This document shows, one piece after another, positions 25,802-38,012 of a stretch of DNA of 64,000 nucleotides (its first letter is position 1; every line of letters begins with the position of its first letter). The DNA is taken from assembly GCA_947379755.1 (NCBI GenBank), contig CANCOC010000002.1, forward strand, positions 35,169 through 99,168, given 5' to 3'. The position numbers were made by a program, and so were the translations under genes. The stretch comes from Alcaligenaceae bacterium (GTDB lineage: Bacteria; Pseudomonadota; Gammaproteobacteria; Burkholderiales; Burkholderiaceae_B). Below the pieces are notes generated by a model. It worked only from the letters and a program-made list of their open reading frames with translations. It did not search any database and had not been told where the DNA came from.

Positions 25802-26764
25802 CTATTGAATGTTGATTTTTCGTGTCTGAATGAGGCTTTTCCAACGTTCGGATTCTTCCTGTTGGTAGGCCACAAACTCTTCGGGAGTGTTGGCAACGAC
25901 TTCAAAACCGATTTCGATGAATTGCTGTTTAACTTTTGCATCGTTCAGCGCAGAGACAAGAGAGCGATGAATCTTTGTCTTGATATCTGCAGGCAGCCCC
26001 TTGGGTGCAACAACTGCCTGCCATGAGTAAATCGTCATATCCGAAATCCCTGCCTCAGCCAAGGTCGGCACGTTGGGCAGCAAAGGCGATCTCTTGTCGC
26101 TGGTGATGGCCAACGCACGCATTTTTCCACCATTGATATATTGAATCACCGCATTGATGTTTGCAAACATTGCATCGAGTTGCGAACCCATCAAATCAAT
26201 CATTGCCGGAGCGCCTCCCTTATAGGGAATATGCAAGCCCGCAGTATCTGTTTGCAAAAACAGAATTTCGGCAGTCAGATGATCCGATGAGCCATTGCCT
26301 GCTGAGCCAAACGTGATTTTTCCGGGCTTGGCCTTCATTGCTGCCACAACATCCGCAACGGTCCTGAAAGGCGAAGATTCAGGCACAACCAGGACGTTTG
26401 GTGAGCGCAGGCCAACGGTCAGATAATCAAAATCTGTTGCAGTGTTGTATGGCACTGCGCTCATGAGGTGCGGCACGATGACCAGCGGCCCAAGAGAAGT
26501 CACCAGTAAAGTATAGCCATCTGGTGCGGCACGTCTCACATAATTTGCCCCAATTGTTCCCGTTGCCCCAGCCTTGTTTTCTACTACGACAGACTGGCCC
26601 CACTCCTGCTGAAGCATGGGTGACAGTGCACGCGCCATTTGATCTGTTGAACCACCCGGCGGAAAAGGCACAATCAGTGAAACGGCCCTGTCTGGCCAGG
26701 CCAGAACATTTGTGAAACAAAATATTGAGGCAATCAGTACAAATAATGAAATAATTTTTTTCAT
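25802..26764 (-). CDS. Bug/TctC family tripartite tricarboxylate transporter receptor
   Basis: LIVPFPPGGSTD, VENKAGATG and APDGYTL motifs; start moved to ATG 26764. Confidence 0.93.
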   Translation of the reverse strand: MKKIISLFVLIASIFCFTNVLAWPDRAVSLIVPFPPGGSTDQMARALSPMLQQEWGQSVVVENKAGATGTIGANYVRRAAPDGYTLLVTSLGPLVIVPHLMSAVPYNTATDFDYLTVGLRSPNVLVVPESSPFRTVADVVAAMKAKPGKITFGSAGNGSSDHLTAEILFLQTDTAGLHIPYKGGAPAMIDLMGSQLDAMFANINAVIQYINGGKMRALAITSDKRSPLLPNVPTLAEAGISDMTIYSWQAVVAPKGLPADIKTKIHRSLVSALNDAKVKQQFIEIGFEVVANTPEEFVAYQQEESERWKSLIQTRKINIQ

Positions 26765-26837
26765 GATGGTGTTTGAGTCAGTCAAAATATTTTTAAAAAC
26801 AGATACTGAAGGGCTTAAAGATGCGGCGGGGCTTGAA

Positions 26838-27824
26838 TTACTCAGGCTGGATGCCTGCCTGCCTGATGATGCGTCCCCAGCGATCAAGTTCTCTCAGCTG
26901 AAAACTTGCCAGCTCATCGGGCGAAGTGACAGCAACGTCCATACCGTTCTGTTGGGCAAAGTTACGCAGTGGCTCTGTCGCCATGGCGCTACGCGCGATT
27001 TCATTCAGACGGGCAATAATCGGCGACGGCGTCCCTGCTGGCGCATACAGGGCGTTCCAGTGATTGGCTTCGTAACCTGGCAAACCTGATTCGGCGATAG
27101 TAGGCACCTCTGGCACCAGGGCTGAGCGAGTCGGACTACTGACACCCAGGGCACGCAACTTGCCGGCCCTGACCTGAGGCAGACTGGTCGTCAGATCCAC
27201 GATCATCATGTCGGTCTGGCCTGCAACCAGCCCCATTACTGCGGGAGGATTGGCTTTATAAGGCACATAATTCAACTCAGTTCCGCTCATGGACTGGAAT
27301 AATTCAGCTGCGACACGTGCAGAAGAACTGCCAGAACCAAAGCTCAGCTTGCCGGGTTCCTTTTTGGCGAGCATCACGAATTCACTCACCGTACGAGCGC
27401 TCAATGAAGGATTCACCACCATCAGCATGAAGCCTTGCACCAAACGCCCGACCGGAGCAAAGTCTTTGATCGGGTCATAAGGCAACTGCTTGAGTAGATG
27501 CGGATTGGCAGCCTGGGTCGTATTGGTCGTGATGAACAAGGTGTACCCATCTGGTGTCGCACGCGCGACCGCCTGGGCGGCGATGCCGCCAAACGCACCT
27601 GCCCTGTTATCCACAATAACAGTCTGCCCCGTCATTTTTGTGATCTCAAAACCAAGCGCCCGGGCAAGACCATCTGTGGTGCTGCCAGGCGTCGAACCAA
27701 CAATGATAGTGATCGGTCGTGACGGGAATGACTGCGCATGCGCAGCTCCGGATAGCGCAACTGTCGAACTGACCACGGCAACCACTGAACAGAACGTTTT
27801 GACTGCAAGAATATTGAATTTCAT
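26838..27824 (-). CDS. Bug/TctC family receptor
   Basis: IIVGSTPGSTTD, VDNRAGAFG and TPDGYTL motifs; start moved to ATG 27824. Confidence 0.93.
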   Translation of the reverse strand: MKFNILAVKTFCSVVAVVSSTVALSGAAHAQSFPSRPITIIVGSTPGSTTDGLARALGFEITKMTGQTVIVDNRAGAFGGIAAQAVARATPDGYTLFITTNTTQAANPHLLKQLPYDPIKDFAPVGRLVQGFMLMVVNPSLSARTVSEFVMLAKKEPGKLSFGSGSSSARVAAELFQSMSGTELNYVPYKANPPAVMGLVAGQTDMMIVDLTTSLPQVRAGKLRALGVSSPTRSALVPEVPTIAESGLPGYEANHWNALYAPAGTPSPIIARLNEIARSAMATEPLRNFAQQNGMDVAVTSPDELASFQLRELDRWGRIIRQAGIQPE

Positions 27825-27920
27825 TTTGAATCCTCTCTTTAATTCCGGCATGTGGCAAAACGAGTTGCCATATGTTGTCTCCTGCCGAGCTGGCTTCTCA
27901 GTCCATGAACGTTCAGGTAT

Positions 27921-28886
27921 TCAGGTGGTCAGGCTTGCTTCTGGCCGCAATCCTGCAAGTGCTTGCTCAAGACTGTCGAGAACCATTTCTCCCATGGCAG
28001 TCCGTGTCTCCACGGTCGCACTGGCCCGATGAGCCTGCAGTGAGACGTTATCCATTGACAGCAACTCAACCGGTACGTTTGGTTCGTCGACAAACACGTC
28101 AAGACCTGCACCAGCAATGCGCCCTGCACGCAAGGCCTCAACCAGATCAAGCTCGTTGACAAGTTTGCCGCGTGCGATGTTGATCAGAAAGCCCTGGCTC
28201 CCTAACGCGTCAAGAATGTCGGCGTTGACGATGCCTTGCGCCTGATCTGCAGCAGCAGCAAGCACCAGTGCATCACTTTGCGAGGCAAGGGTTCTCAGGT
28301 CCGCAACAAAAGCATAAGGCACATCGGTCATGACTCGCAGATCGGTATAACTGACGGGACAACCAAATGCGGCGGCACGTGTAGCGATCGCCCGACCGAC
28401 CCGCCCCATGCCCACGATCCCTACCCGCATTCCGCTAAAACGACGTGCAAGTGGAATGGCGCTGGGTTGTGGATGCCTGGGCCACATACCATCACGAATG
28501 AAACGGTCTCCGGCACACACACCACGGCATGTGGCAATCAGCAGACCAATTGCCAGATCAGCGACATCTTCAGTCAGTGCCCCAAAGGTTGCAGTGACAG
28601 GCAGACCCCGCGCCCGCGCATAGGCCAGATCGACCGCATCCGTGCCGACTCCATTGACGGCTACAACCTTCAGTGCAGGGAGCTGATCCATCAAGGCATT
28701 GCTGATACCAGTATGCCCCCCCGTAATCACCGCCTGGATATTGCGGCCATGCTCGCGAATATAAGCATCCCGATCGCGTTGCTCATACAGACGATGCACC
28801 AAATAGCGTGCATTGAGCTTCTCATTGATGGAGGGGATCAGGATAGGATTGAGCTGAAGGACTTCCGGTTTCATAAGGGGCTCCAC
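27921..28886 (-). CDS. D-isomer-specific 2-hydroxyacid dehydrogenase
   Basis: GIVGMGRVG, NIARG, GLDVFVDEP and catalytic His in QAHRAS. Confidence 0.92.
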   Translation of the reverse strand: MEPLMKPEVLQLNPILIPSINEKLNARYLVHRLYEQRDRDAYIREHGRNIQAVITGGHTGISNALMDQLPALKVVAVNGVGTDAVDLAYARARGLPVTATFGALTEDVADLAIGLLIATCRGVCAGDRFIRDGMWPRHPQPSAIPLARRFSGMRVGIVGMGRVGRAIATRAAAFGCPVSYTDLRVMTDVPYAFVADLRTLASQSDALVLAAAADQAQGIVNADILDALGSQGFLINIARGKLVNELDLVEALRAGRIAGAGLDVFVDEPNVPVELLSMDNVSLQAHRASATVETRTAMGEMVLDSLEQALAGLRPEASLTT

Positions 28887-29651
28887 TTAACCGCGACCGG
28901 CAAAGGGCATCGCGCTCGCCATGACCGTCATGTTGAGCACATTCGCACTCAAAGGCAGACTGGCGATATAGCGCACAGCATCAGCGATATGTTTGACATC
29001 AATCATGGGCTCAGGCTTGATTTCTCCATTCGCCTGCAGCACACCCTTGGTCATGCGGACCGATAACTCGGTCAAGGCATTGCCGATATCGATTTGACTA
29101 CCCACGATATTGAATGGGCGACCATCCAGTGCAATGCTCTTGGTCAGACCAAGCACTGCGTGCTTGCTTGCCGTGTAGGGTCCGCTCAGCGGGCGTGGCG
29201 TATGTGCAGATACAGAACCATTGTTGATGATCCTGCCACCCTGCGGAGTCTGTCTTTTCATCAGTCCGAATGCTGCCCGGGCACAGAGAAATACGCCAGT
29301 GATATTGGTATCAATGACATTCTTCCATTTTTCTAAAGGGAGTTCGTCCATCGTCACGGCAGGCGCATTGACACCTGCATTGTTGAACACTACATCAAGT
29401 CGACCATAGGTCTGCTCGATCTTAGCGAACAAGGCCTCAACGCTGTCGGCATCGCGCACATCCGTTGGCACCGCAAGCGCATGTTGACCGGCATGCGCAG
29501 CCACCTGGGAAAGTTCTGCAAGCGGCTCTGGCCGACGCCCCGCCAGCACGACCGTAAAGCCGTCCTGCAACAGACCGAGTGCCGTAGCCCGACCCACGCC
29601 GCTTCCTGCACCGGTCACAAGTGCGATTCTAGAAGTTGAATTGTCAGACAT
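28887..29651 (-). CDS. SDR family oxidoreductase
   Basis: [12 protein letters not shown] and YTASK motifs. Confidence 0.93.
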   Translation of the reverse strand: MSDNSTSRIALVTGAGSGVGRATALGLLQDGFTVVLAGRRPEPLAELSQVAAHAGQHALAVPTDVRDADSVEALFAKIEQTYGRLDVVFNNAGVNAPAVTMDELPLEKWKNVIDTNITGVFLCARAAFGLMKRQTPQGGRIINNGSVSAHTPRPLSGPYTASKHAVLGLTKSIALDGRPFNIVGSQIDIGNALTELSVRMTKGVLQANGEIKPEPMIDVKHIADAVRYIASLPLSANVLNMTVMASAMPFAGRG

Positions 29652-29701
29652 GTATGTATTTCCTGTAGGTATTCTTAAAAGACTCGTGACGACAAAAAAT
29701 C

Positions 29702-29725
29702 GTCTGCTGGTCTGCTGGTCTGCTG
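29702..29725. repeat. Intergenic tandem repeat (GTCTGCTG)x3
   Basis: Three exact 8-nt units between the Bug gene and the SDR gene. Confidence 0.9.
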
Positions 29726-29773
29726 TTATGTGACGTTATGTGCTGTGATGCGCGTTCAATCCGTTCTTTACAA

Positions 29774-30733
29774 TCAATTGACAGAAATCCTGCGTTCACG
29801 AATCACCTGTTCGTAACGCTTGCGATCACTATTAATCAGCAGAGTGAATTGCTCTGGCGTCGTGGCGACCGGAATCGCACCAAGTTCAATCAGGCGGGCG
29901 CTGACTTCTTCGGTGTTGAGCAGCGACCGAACATCAGCAGAGATCTGTTGCACGATGTCCTTGGGTGTACCGCTCGGCGCCAACAAACCGATCCAGCTGA
30001 TCGAGTTAAAACCAGGCACTACAGACTCTCCAAGCGTGGGGACATCAGGTAAGGCTGCAACGCGCTTGTCACTGGTCACGGCCAGAGCGCGCAATTTACC
30101 CGCCTTGATATGTCCGCTGGCTTCGAAGACCGTCATGAATGACAGTTGCACGTGCCCCGCAAGCAGATCGGCAACAGCCGGGCCGCCACCACGGTAAGGC
30201 ACATGGAGGATCTCAACACCTGTTGCATCCTTGAACATTTCGGCAGCCAGGTGCGGCGCACTCCCGGCACCACTACTGCTGTAACTCATTTTTCCGGGCT
30301 GAGTCTTTGCCAGGGCGATAAATTCAGCGGCGGTCTGGGCAGACACAGCAGGATTGATCATCATCACCAGAGGCAGCTCAGCAACCATTGTGATGGGTGC
30401 AAATGCACGATCTGGATCGTAGGGCAGATTGACATACAAAGAGGGATTGATCGCCTGCGTGCCAATATTGCCCATCAGTAGGGTGTAGCCATCCGGTTTT
30501 GCCTTGGCAACGATATCCACCCCAATCTGTCCGGCAGCACCGCCTTTGTTTTCAACAATCACTTGCTGCCCCCATTTGACGCTCAGCTTGTGGGCAATGA
30601 TTCTGGCACCTGTATCAGTGCCACCACCAGGCGGAAACGGCACAATGATCGTGACGGTACGTGAGGGGTAAGTGCCCTGCGCGCACACCATCCCCGCGAA
30701 CACTACAAGAATCAAAGAGAGAAGGATTTTCAT
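29774..30733 (-). CDS. Bug/TctC family receptor
   Basis: IIVPFPPGGGTD, VENKGGAAG and KPDGYTLL motifs. Confidence 0.94.
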   Translation of the reverse strand: MKILLSLILVVFAGMVCAQGTYPSRTVTIIVPFPPGGGTDTGARIIAHKLSVKWGQQVIVENKGGAAGQIGVDIVAKAKPDGYTLLMGNIGTQAINPSLYVNLPYDPDRAFAPITMVAELPLVMMINPAVSAQTAAEFIALAKTQPGKMSYSSSGAGSAPHLAAEMFKDATGVEILHVPYRGGGPAVADLLAGHVQLSFMTVFEASGHIKAGKLRALAVTSDKRVAALPDVPTLGESVVPGFNSISWIGLLAPSGTPKDIVQQISADVRSLLNTEEVSARLIELGAIPVATTPEQFTLLINSDRKRYEQVIRERRISVN

Positions 30734-30735
30734 GT

Positions 30736-31647
30736 TTATTGTGGTCCAAGTTTTGCGATCAGTGCTGCCAGCTCTTGAACCTCATTGGCCTTCAGATCGG
30801 TCAAGGGTGCACGGACAGGGCCCGCATCATGTCCGACAATCTTGGCGCCGGCTTTCACAATGCTGACGGCATAGCCCTGCATCTTGTTGCGGATTGCTAG
30901 ATAGGGCATAAAAAATTCGCGCAGCAAATGATGCTGGGTTGCCATATCATCCGCTGCCACAGCACGATAAAAATCCATCGCAGTTTTAGGAATGAAGTTA
31001 AAAACAGCGGAGGAATACACAGGTGTTCCAAGCGCCTTGTAGGCCGCGGCATAGACTTCAGCCGTAGGCAAGCCACCCAGGTAGGCAAAGCGATCTCCCA
31101 TCTTCATATAGATTGAGGACATGGTTTCGATGTCACCGACACCGTCCTTAAAGCCAATCAGGTTGGGACAACGGTCAGCCAGGATCGCCAGAGATTCCGG
31201 GGTCAGTTTGCAAACGTTTCGGTTGTAGACGATCACGCCAAATTTGACGCTTTTGCACACCTGCTCTACATGAGCGATCAAGCCTTCCTGCCCAGCTTCA
31301 GTCAGGTAATGGGGCAACAGCAATACACCGTGTGCACCGAGGCGTTCGGCTTGCTGGGCGCACTGAATCGCAAAGCGCGTCGGGCCGCCCACGCCAGCAA
31401 TAATAGGCACCTTGCCTTTGCATGTATCGACTGCGGTCTGGATGATCCCAGGGTATTCCTCAGCGGTCAGTGAAAAAAATTCGCCTGTGCCACCCGCAGC
31501 AAACAAGGCCGTTGCACCATAAGGCGCCAGCCATTCCAGGCGCTCAGCGTAGCCTTTGGCGTTGAAATTGCCTTGCGCATCAAAATCTGTCAGAGGGAAT
31601 GACAGCAAACCGCTCGACATAATGGTTTTAAGTTCTTGGGGATGCAT
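30736..31647 (-). CDS. kdgD: 5-dehydro-4-deoxyglucarate dehydratase
   Basis: [38 protein letters not shown] and GGLPTAE motifs; start moved to ATG 31647. Confidence 0.96.
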   Translation of the reverse strand: MHPQELKTIMSSGLLSFPLTDFDAQGNFNAKGYAERLEWLAPYGATALFAAGGTGEFFSLTAEEYPGIIQTAVDTCKGKVPIIAGVGGPTRFAIQCAQQAERLGAHGVLLLPHYLTEAGQEGLIAHVEQVCKSVKFGVIVYNRNVCKLTPESLAILADRCPNLIGFKDGVGDIETMSSIYMKMGDRFAYLGGLPTAEVYAAAYKALGTPVYSSAVFNFIPKTAMDFYRAVAADDMATQHHLLREFFMPYLAIRNKMQGYAVSIVKAGAKIVGHDAGPVRAPLTDLKANEVQELAALIAKLGPQ

Positions 31648-31694
31648 ACGTTTCCTTTGACTGATGAGTAAATGAGGCTTGCCTGTATACAAAA

Positions 31695-31752
31695 TGGTAG
31701 CGCTACCAATCTATGCTGAAGTAATGGTAGCGTTACCAAACAAAGGCGTCAA
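31695..31752 (-). promoter_or_regulatory. Sigma-70 promoter of kdgD with two LacI-family operators
   Basis: Minus strand TTGACG-17-TACCAT; palindrome TGGTAGCGCTACCA (31695-31708) and TGGTAGCGTTACCA (31725-31738, overlapping the -10). Confidence 0.85.
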
Positions 31753-31807
31753 CAATTTTTATTTAGGGGTTTTTACTAAGCTTTTTATTGCTCAGGTTTT
31801 AAGATGG

Positions 31808-32836
31808 CTAGGCGCTATCGCGCTCGACAATCGAGAATCCAACATCGATTTCGCGCGGAGTGACGATTTTTCCTTCAGCCCTGTCAATCAGGAACTGAGC
31901 AGCCAGTCGGCCGATTTTTTCGCCATTGATACGAACGGTACTCAGCGCAGGAACCATATCCCCCACAAAGGGAATGTCACCAAAGCCCATGACAGCGATA
32001 CTGTGCGGCACTGAAATCCCCTGCACCCTGGCCTCGGTCATCACGCCCAGAGCCAGTAAGTCAGAGCTACAAAATATGGCGTCGATCTGAGGGGCTTGCC
32101 TGAGGATCGTCAGCAAGGATTCGCGGCCACTTTTGAGTGAGCGCGAGGCGCCTACGTTCACCACAAAAACTTCAGGATGTCCTTTTTCTGCAACAGCCAG
32201 TTTAAATGCACTCACCCGGCGCGCTGCGCGTTCATCATCTGCCGTCACAAACGCAAACCGTTTGCGCCCCTTGTTCATGAGGAAATACGCGACTTCCCGG
32301 CCAATATCAGCATGAGAAAAACCGATCAGCATATCGATCGGTGTCGGAGTCAGATCCCAGGTTTCTACAACAGGAATCCCCGAGGCCAGCAGCCGCGTGC
32401 GTCCTCTTTTTGAGTGCATGATGCCCGTCAGGAAAATACCATCCGGACGACGTCCGATAATGGACTCAAGCAACAACTCTTCGCGTGAAGCCGAATAAGC
32501 GGACTGCCCCAGCATCAGTTGATAACCACCGTCAAACAGCGTGCTGTTGAGCGATTCAATTGTCCCCATGAAGACAGACATCAGGGTGCTGGGGACAACG
32601 GCGGCAATCAGCTTGCTGCGCGAGGATGCCAGGCCCCCTGCCATTCTGTTGGGCACATAACCCGTGCGGTTGACGGCATCCTGAACCTTGCGCAACAGGT
32701 CTGGCGAAACCTGATCCGGTGTATTGATGGCACGTGAGGCCGAGATGGGTGCGACGCCCGCGAGTTTGGCAACATCACGCAGGGTCATGGCACCGCTGCC
32801 ACGTCGCGCGCGCTTGCTGATCTCTTTGTCGCTCAT
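31808..32836 (-). CDS. LacI-family transcriptional regulator of aldarate catabolism (GudR/GntR-like)
   Basis: TLRDVAKLAGVAPISASRA HTH, GYVPNRMAGGLAS hinge, sugar-binding domain; start moved to ATG 32836. Confidence 0.93.
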   Translation of the reverse strand: MSDKEISKRARRGSGAMTLRDVAKLAGVAPISASRAINTPDQVSPDLLRKVQDAVNRTGYVPNRMAGGLASSRSKLIAAVVPSTLMSVFMGTIESLNSTLFDGGYQLMLGQSAYSASREELLLESIIGRRPDGIFLTGIMHSKRGRTRLLASGIPVVETWDLTPTPIDMLIGFSHADIGREVAYFLMNKGRKRFAFVTADDERAARRVSAFKLAVAEKGHPEVFVVNVGASRSLKSGRESLLTILRQAPQIDAIFCSSDLLALGVMTEARVQGISVPHSIAVMGFGDIPFVGDMVPALSTVRINGEKIGRLAAQFLIDRAEGKIVTPREIDVGFSIVERDSA

Positions 32837-32859
32837 CAATACTCCTTGCATCCAACAAA

Positions 32860-32873
32860 TGGTAGCGCTATCA
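32860..32873. promoter_or_regulatory. Third LacI operator, between the regulator and garD
   Basis: TGGTAGCGCTATCA, one mismatch from the palindrome at 31695. Confidence 0.85.
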
Positions 32874-32929
32874 TCACACTAACTTCACGCATCATGCCAA
32901 TCAGGCAAACCGTATCATAGGGGATATTA

Positions 32930-34480
32930 ATGACGCCGCTCACCATTCGCATGAATGACCGCGACAATGTTGAGATTGTTGCGAATAACGGGGGGCTGCC
33001 CTCAGGTAGCGCCTTGCAATCTGGCCTGATCCTGCGCGATATGGTTCCCCAGGGACATAAAGTGGCACTGATCGACTTGCCTGCCGGCGCAGCAGTGCTG
33101 CGTTACGGTATCCCAATCGGTTATGCGCTCAAAGATATTCCAGCAGGCAGCTGGGTCAGCGAACGCCTGCTCAAGATGCCCCCGGCCCGCGAACTGGACA
33201 ATCTACCCATCGCAAGCATCCGCCCAGAACCGCTTGCCGCGCTTGAGGGCTATACCTTTGAGGGCTTTCGCAATGCAGACGGTTCGGTGGGCACACGCAA
33301 TATCCTGGCCATCACCACCACCGTCCAGTGTGTCTCAGGTGTCGTAGATTTTGCCGTGCAACGGATCAAATCAGAACTGCTGCCCAGGTATCCCAATGTG
33401 GATGACGTCGTCGGCATTGAACACACCTACGGTTGTGGTGTAGCAATTGATGCCGAGGGTGCGGAAATTCCAATCCGTACGCTGCGCAACATCAGTCTGA
33501 ATCCAAACTTTGGCGGTGAGGTGATGGTTGTGAGTCTGGGCTGTGAAAAACTCCAGCCTGAGCGCCTCCTGCCACCAGGTTCTATCCCCATCGTCGATCA
33601 GCGCGCACCAGAACCCGAGTTGGATGTCGTTTGTTTGCAGGACGACGCACACGTGGGTTTCATGTCAATGATTGATTCGATCATGCAAACTGCCAACCAG
33701 CATCTCGCGCGACTCAACGCACGCACGCGCGTGACCGTGCCAGCGAGCGAACTGGTTGTGGGTGTTCAGTGTGGCGGCAGTGATGCGTTCTCCGGTGTGA
33801 CGGCCAACCCTGCAGTAGGATATTGCACAGACCTGCTTGTGCGCGCGGGCGCCAGTGTCATGTTCTCTGAAGTCACTGAGGTCAGAGATGGTATTGATCA
33901 GCTGACCTCACGTGCAACGACCCCGGAGGTCGCCCAGGCGATGATCCGCGAAATGGCCTGGTATGACAAATATCTCGAACGTGGTCGTGTCGATCGGAGC
34001 GCAAACACAACACCCGGCAATAAAAAAGGTGGTTTGTCAAACATTGTCGAAAAAGCCATGGGTTCCATCGTCAAGTCTGGATCAGCTCCGATCTCAGGCG
34101 TGCTCGCACCTGGCGAGAAGCTCAGACAAAAAGGCCTGATTTACGCAGCAACTCCCGCAAGTGACTTTATTTGCGGAACGCTCCAGTTAGCCGCAGGCAT
34201 GAACCTTCATGTCTTCACCACGGGACGGGGAACACCTTATGGCCTGGCTGCAGTCCCAGTTATTAAAATGGCGACCCGCACTGACCTGGCACGCCGCTGG
34301 CATGACCTCATGGACGTGAATGCCGGGACAATTGCTGACGGCACCAAAACGATTGAACAGGTGGGTTGGGAACTTTTTCATCTCATGCTTGAGGTGGCGA
34401 GCGGTCGCCAAAAGACCTGGGCCGAGCAATGGAAGCTGCATAACGCGCTCGTGCTATTTAATCCTGCACCAGTGACCTGA
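32930..34480 (+). CDS. garD: Galactarate dehydratase
   Basis: N-terminal SAF domain; [40 protein letters not shown] and [11 protein letters not shown] motifs. Confidence 0.96.
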   Translation: MTPLTIRMNDRDNVEIVANNGGLPSGSALQSGLILRDMVPQGHKVALIDLPAGAAVLRYGIPIGYALKDIPAGSWVSERLLKMPPARELDNLPIASIRPEPLAALEGYTFEGFRNADGSVGTRNILAITTTVQCVSGVVDFAVQRIKSELLPRYPNVDDVVGIEHTYGCGVAIDAEGAEIPIRTLRNISLNPNFGGEVMVVSLGCEKLQPERLLPPGSIPIVDQRAPEPELDVVCLQDDAHVGFMSMIDSIMQTANQHLARLNARTRVTVPASELVVGVQCGGSDAFSGVTANPAVGYCTDLLVRAGASVMFSEVTEVRDGIDQLTSRATTPEVAQAMIREMAWYDKYLERGRVDRSANTTPGNKKGGLSNIVEKAMGSIVKSGSAPISGVLAPGEKLRQKGLIYAATPASDFICGTLQLAAGMNLHVFTTGRGTPYGLAAVPVIKMATRTDLARRWHDLMDVNAGTIADGTKTIEQVGWELFHLMLEVASGRQKTWAEQWKLHNALVLFNPAPVT

Positions 34481-34532
34481 GCCAACATAGCGCGATATGC
34501 TCGTGGGGAGGAATGAGATCATCAACACTGAT

Positions 34533-35627
34533 TCAGGTTGCGCCCTGATCCCCGACATAAAGCGCATACACCGAATGGCAACTCGCCATGTAGAGACGAT
34601 TTTTCTTTGGGCCTCCGAAAGCCAGGTTGGCACAGCGTTCAGGTAATTTGATAAAGCCAATCGGCTTGCCTTCAGGGTTAAAGACTTTCACTCCATCGAG
34701 CTCAGATGACTTGCCTTTCAACTCATAAACCTTTCGGCCATCGACCTCTGTGGGCTTTGCGTCAAGTTCACCGTTACTTCCCCAGCCACACCAGAGGTTG
34801 CCATCCTGATCGACTTTAAAGCCGTCCAGTGCTCCCTGATCAGGGGCATCCAGCAGTTTGGTTTTATTGTTCAGGGCGCCATCAGCCATCACATCAAAAC
34901 TCCAGATACTGCAATATGGAGTCCCTTTCGACTCAACAACATAGAGTTTCTTTTCATCCGGCGAAAAAGCCAAACCATTGGGATTGACGATATCTCTAAT
35001 GACAGCAGTCAGTTTGCCGTCTCTTGCAATGCGGTACACATTGGTAGTCGCCTGTTCAGGCTGAGCCCTGAAACCTTCCCACTCACCACCAATCCCAAAC
35101 ACAGGATCAGAAAACCAGACTGAATCATCTGATCTCACAATGATATCGTTTGGTGAGTTCAGGCGCTTGCCCTCGAACTTGTCAGCCAATATCGTGATCT
35201 TGCCATCGAGCTCGGTACGCGTGACACGACGCGTCACTGAGTGCTCGCAGGTTAGCAAGCGGCCTTGACGGTCGCAGGTATTCCCGTTGGCATAATTAGC
35301 CTTTTCGCGAAAGACACTCACACGACCGCTAGCCTCTTCGTACTTCATGATGCGGTTATTCGGGATATCGCTGAACAACAGATAGTTACCCTTGGCAAAA
35401 TAAGCTGGCCCCTCGACCCAGCGCATGCCTGTCGCAACCTGCTCAAGGGTGCTGTTGTACAGACGATATTTGGCAAAACTTGGGTCCAGGATCAACACGG
35501 AGGGATCCGGGTAGCGCTGATTCGGCAAGAACGGGAAAGATTGCGCTGCGGCTGCCCCACCCATCAAAGCAAGACTACCTGCGGCAGCTGCTTTCAAAAA
35601 TCTGCGACGGGTGTTTGTATGGTTCAT
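34533..35627 (-). CDS. Tat-exported SMP-30/gluconolactonase-family lactonase
   Basis: TRRRFLK twin-arginine signal; WVEGPAY, LFSDIPNNRI, NSPND, PNGLAFSPD and DGFKVD motifs. Confidence 0.92.
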   Translation of the reverse strand: MNHTNTRRRFLKAAAAGSLALMGGAAAAQSFPFLPNQRYPDPSVLILDPSFAKYRLYNSTLEQVATGMRWVEGPAYFAKGNYLLFSDIPNNRIMKYEEASGRVSVFREKANYANGNTCDRQGRLLTCEHSVTRRVTRTELDGKITILADKFEGKRLNSPNDIIVRSDDSVWFSDPVFGIGGEWEGFRAQPEQATTNVYRIARDGKLTAVIRDIVNPNGLAFSPDEKKLYVVESKGTPYCSIWSFDVMADGALNNKTKLLDAPDQGALDGFKVDQDGNLWCGWGSNGELDAKPTEVDGRKVYELKGKSSELDGVKVFNPEGKPIGFIKLPERCANLAFGGPKKNRLYMASCHSVYALYVGDQGAT

Positions 35628-35666
35628 GCTTAGGGCTAATCCTGTGTGTTCACTGCGTTTCAGTTC

Positions 35667-36596
35667 TTAGGCAAGCGCTTTGGCGTTGGGCATGACAAAG
35701 TTGATTGCTGCAAGCCCTGCTTCGAGCTGAGCGCTCTGCTCTTTGGACAGCTCGACCAGTGGGGGACGCACATTGCGCCAATCCTCACGCCCTGTTTGCC
35801 AGGCAATCGAGGCCTTCATGGCCGGAATCATCGGGAACTTGGCAAAGACACTGCGCACGACATCCAGATTTTGTTGCTGTTGATCGGCATCCGCGTGTTG
35901 CCATTCTTTGTAGAGTTTGACGATCGGTCCTGGGTTGACATTACCCGTGGCGGTAATACAACCTACTCCACCCCCACGCATATTGGCGAGCAAAAATGTT
36001 TCACTCCCGGCAAAGACATCAAACCCGGCGGGCTGGAATTCCTTGAGCATGGCAGCAGTGTTGTTCCAGTCACCCGAGCTGTCTTTCACGCCAGCCACGA
36101 TTGTGGGAAAGTTCTTGAGTAATCGCTCAATCAGCGCCATGCTGATTGGCGTCTGTGAGACGGGTGGGATGTGATACAGATAGACGCGCAAGCGTTCATC
36201 GGCCACACCCTCAATGACTGTAGCAAAAGCTCGGTATAGCCCTTCGTCGCTCACGCCCTTGTAATAAAACGGCGGTAACATCAGCACGCCTGCACAACCG
36301 GCATTCACGGCACGCTTGGTCAATTCGATGGTCTCTGGCAAGGCGCAGCCACCGGTGCCGGGCATCATGCGCCCAGGTGGCAGGCCCGCCTCAATCAACG
36401 CATCCAGCAGTTTGCATTTTTCGACAAGAGACAAGGACGCAGCCTCGGAATTCGTGCCAAAAAAGGCGAGTCCAACATCCTGCTCGATCAGCCATTGACA
36501 ATGCTTGACCAGGCGCCCTGCATCTGGCGAATAATCCGCATGGAACGGGGTCAGTACTGGCGAAAAAACACCGCGAAGTTTTTGATTGGTTGTCAT
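35667..36596 (-). CDS. DapA/NanA-family class I aldolase or dehydratase
   Basis: FGTNSEA, LMLPPFYYK, YLYHIP and GVKDSSGD (Schiff-base Lys). Confidence 0.88.
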   Translation of the reverse strand: MTTNQKLRGVFSPVLTPFHADYSPDAGRLVKHCQWLIEQDVGLAFFGTNSEAASLSLVEKCKLLDALIEAGLPPGRMMPGTGGCALPETIELTKRAVNAGCAGVLMLPPFYYKGVSDEGLYRAFATVIEGVADERLRVYLYHIPPVSQTPISMALIERLLKNFPTIVAGVKDSSGDWNNTAAMLKEFQPAGFDVFAGSETFLLANMRGGGVGCITATGNVNPGPIVKLYKEWQHADADQQQQNLDVVRSVFAKFPMIPAMKASIAWQTGREDWRNVRPPLVELSKEQSAQLEAGLAAINFVMPNAKALA

Positions 36597-36671
36597 TTTT
36601 CTCTCTTGTGTGACGTCTCAGCCAGTACATTAACCCAGGATACAGATATTGCAGAACAAAATCAGGTGTGC

Positions 36672-37814
<1,143 letters not shown>

Positions 37815-38012
37815 CTATACGAGTTAGCATAGTCCGTTTTTGCAATGCTCATGCAATTCATAGGGGCAGACATCTTTCGAGCAAGATATAAACGTTGAGC
37901 TCAAACTAAAACGCAAAACTATTTGTATCCTGCCAGATCGACAAGCATTTATATTTTCGCTGTGAACCGTGCTTTCGAAGAATCAGCTGTAAAAAGCTTT
38001 TAAACTCGCACG

